NCBI GenBank assembly: GCA_030390025.1 | Contig: JASTWF010000048.1 | Span: 372,001 to 436,000, forward strand | Reading direction: 5' to 3' | Origin: Squalus acanthias | Lineage: Eukaryota | Length of the DNA stretch: 64,000 bases | In this document: positions 62,364 through 64,000 of the stretch, one piece after another | Layout: each line of letters begins with the position of its first letter | Numbering within the stretch: the stretch's first letter is position 1 | Made by a program: the position numbers and the translations under genes | Notes under the pieces: model-generated | Told to the model about the DNA's origin: nothing | Databases searched by the model: none | What the model saw: the letters and a program-made list of their open reading frames with translations, nothing else

Positions 62364-64000
62364 CCAAAGGCGGCAGGAAACACCTGTTGATGATGAAACA
62401 GCTCGGTGCCTCGTCCTGTTGTGTTTATTTTACAGAGCGAACATGTTTTTCTCAAGAATAACAGACGGGATAGAAAAAAGCGAGAAATTAGATTGAAAAA
62501 ACACTGGTGAAGCAAAAAGAATGATAAGTTAAATATAGTGAAGAACGATAGAACGAAAGGAAGATAGAAAGAAAGAAGGACAGGAAGTGAGGAACAACGA
62601 AAAAAGAAAGAAAGACAGAAAAAAGGAATGATATAAAGAAAGAAACAAGTCTGAAAAGAAGAAAGAAAGGAAGAAAGATAGAAGAATGAAAGGAAGAAAG
62701 ATACACAGAAAGAAAGGAAGATGGAAAGTAAGATAGATAGAAGGAAATGAAGTAAAAAGATTTTCCAGCTTTTACACACTGACACTGTTTTTTCTTTCTC
62801 CACAGAGACTAAAGAGGGCGCTCCAGGACCATGACACACACAGCTGCCTGTAATATGGTTTAATATGGAATAGTCCGAGATCATTCATGCCCTTTGAGCC
62901 TGTTACTTAGGAACAGGAGAAGGCCATGAAGCATTCTCGAGGCCGTATACACAGGTACAGAAGTAGGCCCATTCAGCCACACGAGCCTGTTACATAGGAA
63001 CAAGAGGAGTTCATTCAGCCCGTCGAGTTTGCTCTGCAAGCCAATGAGATCCTGTGTGATGTGTATCTTCCTTCTGTCTAACCGCATACACCTCGATAGC
63101 TTTACCCTACAAATATCTATCAAATACAGTCTTGAAAGCTCCAATTTACCCTCACCTTCAACAGACTCTTGGAGGAGAGCGTTCCACATTTCCACTACCA
63201 TTGTGTGAAGAGGTAGTTTTTGACACAACGCCTAAACGACCTAACTCTAACTTTAAGTTTACGCCCCCCTGTCCTGGACTCCCCCATCAGAGGAAATAGT
63301 TGCTTTCTATCAACCCTATCAACTTATTTTAACATTTAAAAAACTCAATCAGTTCGGCACTGAATCTTCTATACTCAAGGTAATATAGGCCAAGTTTTGC
63401 AATTGTTCCTCATAATTTAACCCTCTCAGTCCCGGGTATCAGTCTGGTGAATCTGCGCTGCATCCCCTCCAAGTCTGATATATCCTTCCTGAGGTGCGGT
63501 ACCCAGAATTGAACTCAGTACTCCAGATGGGATCTGACCAAGTCTCTATACGACAGAAGAATAACTTCCTGCCCTTTGCATTCCCGACCCCTTGAGATAA
63601 AGGACAACCACCCTTTCGCATTTTTTATTTCTTTTCCCCCTGTATACCAGCATTTAGTGAATTGTTTACATGAGCACTTAAATCCCCTTGCTTCTCCGCA
63701 ATTCCTTGCTTAGCACCATTTAGAAAATACACTGCTCTCTCATTCTTAGGTCCCAAGTGGATGACCTCGCACTTGCCCATGACAAATTACTTCTTCCACT
63801 GTACTGCCCGCTCACTTAATCTCTAACACTCTGATGTTTCTTCTTTAGGCCCCCAGTGGATGACCTGGTACTTGCTCATGTTAAACTCTACCTGCCGCTG
63901 TTTCTTCTCATTCACGTAAGTTGTTTAGGACAACTTTGCAACTTCCTGCTCCCGTCTGCTCTACTTACTGCCAAACAGAGAGGGAGGGGCTGTACTGTCA

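Overview
Vertebrate genomic DNA (draft assembly with N gaps), most likely from a cartilaginous fish: it carries an elasmobranch HE1/V-SINE-like element, DeuSINE-like elements and abundant CR1-clade LINEs. The window is part of a T-cell receptor V-gene array, best read as TCR-beta. It holds 20 V segments, all on the + strand, each built as leader exon / phase-1 intron / V exon / 23-bp-spacer RSS where intact. No D, J or C segments are visible. The segments fall into four families: family A (15 copies, ending YYCAWS, strongly resembling mammalian TRBV30), family B (1 truncated V plus 2 orphan promoter+leader units), family C (3 copies, ending YYCAC) and family D (1 pseudogene). Ten segments look intact and ten are pseudogenes or fragments. 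Intergenic DNA holds two long convergent CR1-like LINEs, many CR1 fragments, SINEs, microsatellites and minisatellites. The most notable unannotated layer is regulatory. Nearly every V has a co-oriented CTCF-like motif downstream of its RSS (only ~30-36 bp away in family C). There are also an ETS-CRE promoter element, a promoter VNTR made of PBX/MEIS + GC-box units, and signs of CDR-cassette gene conversion and reciprocal pseudogenisation after block duplication. All calls were made by eye; none is database-verified.
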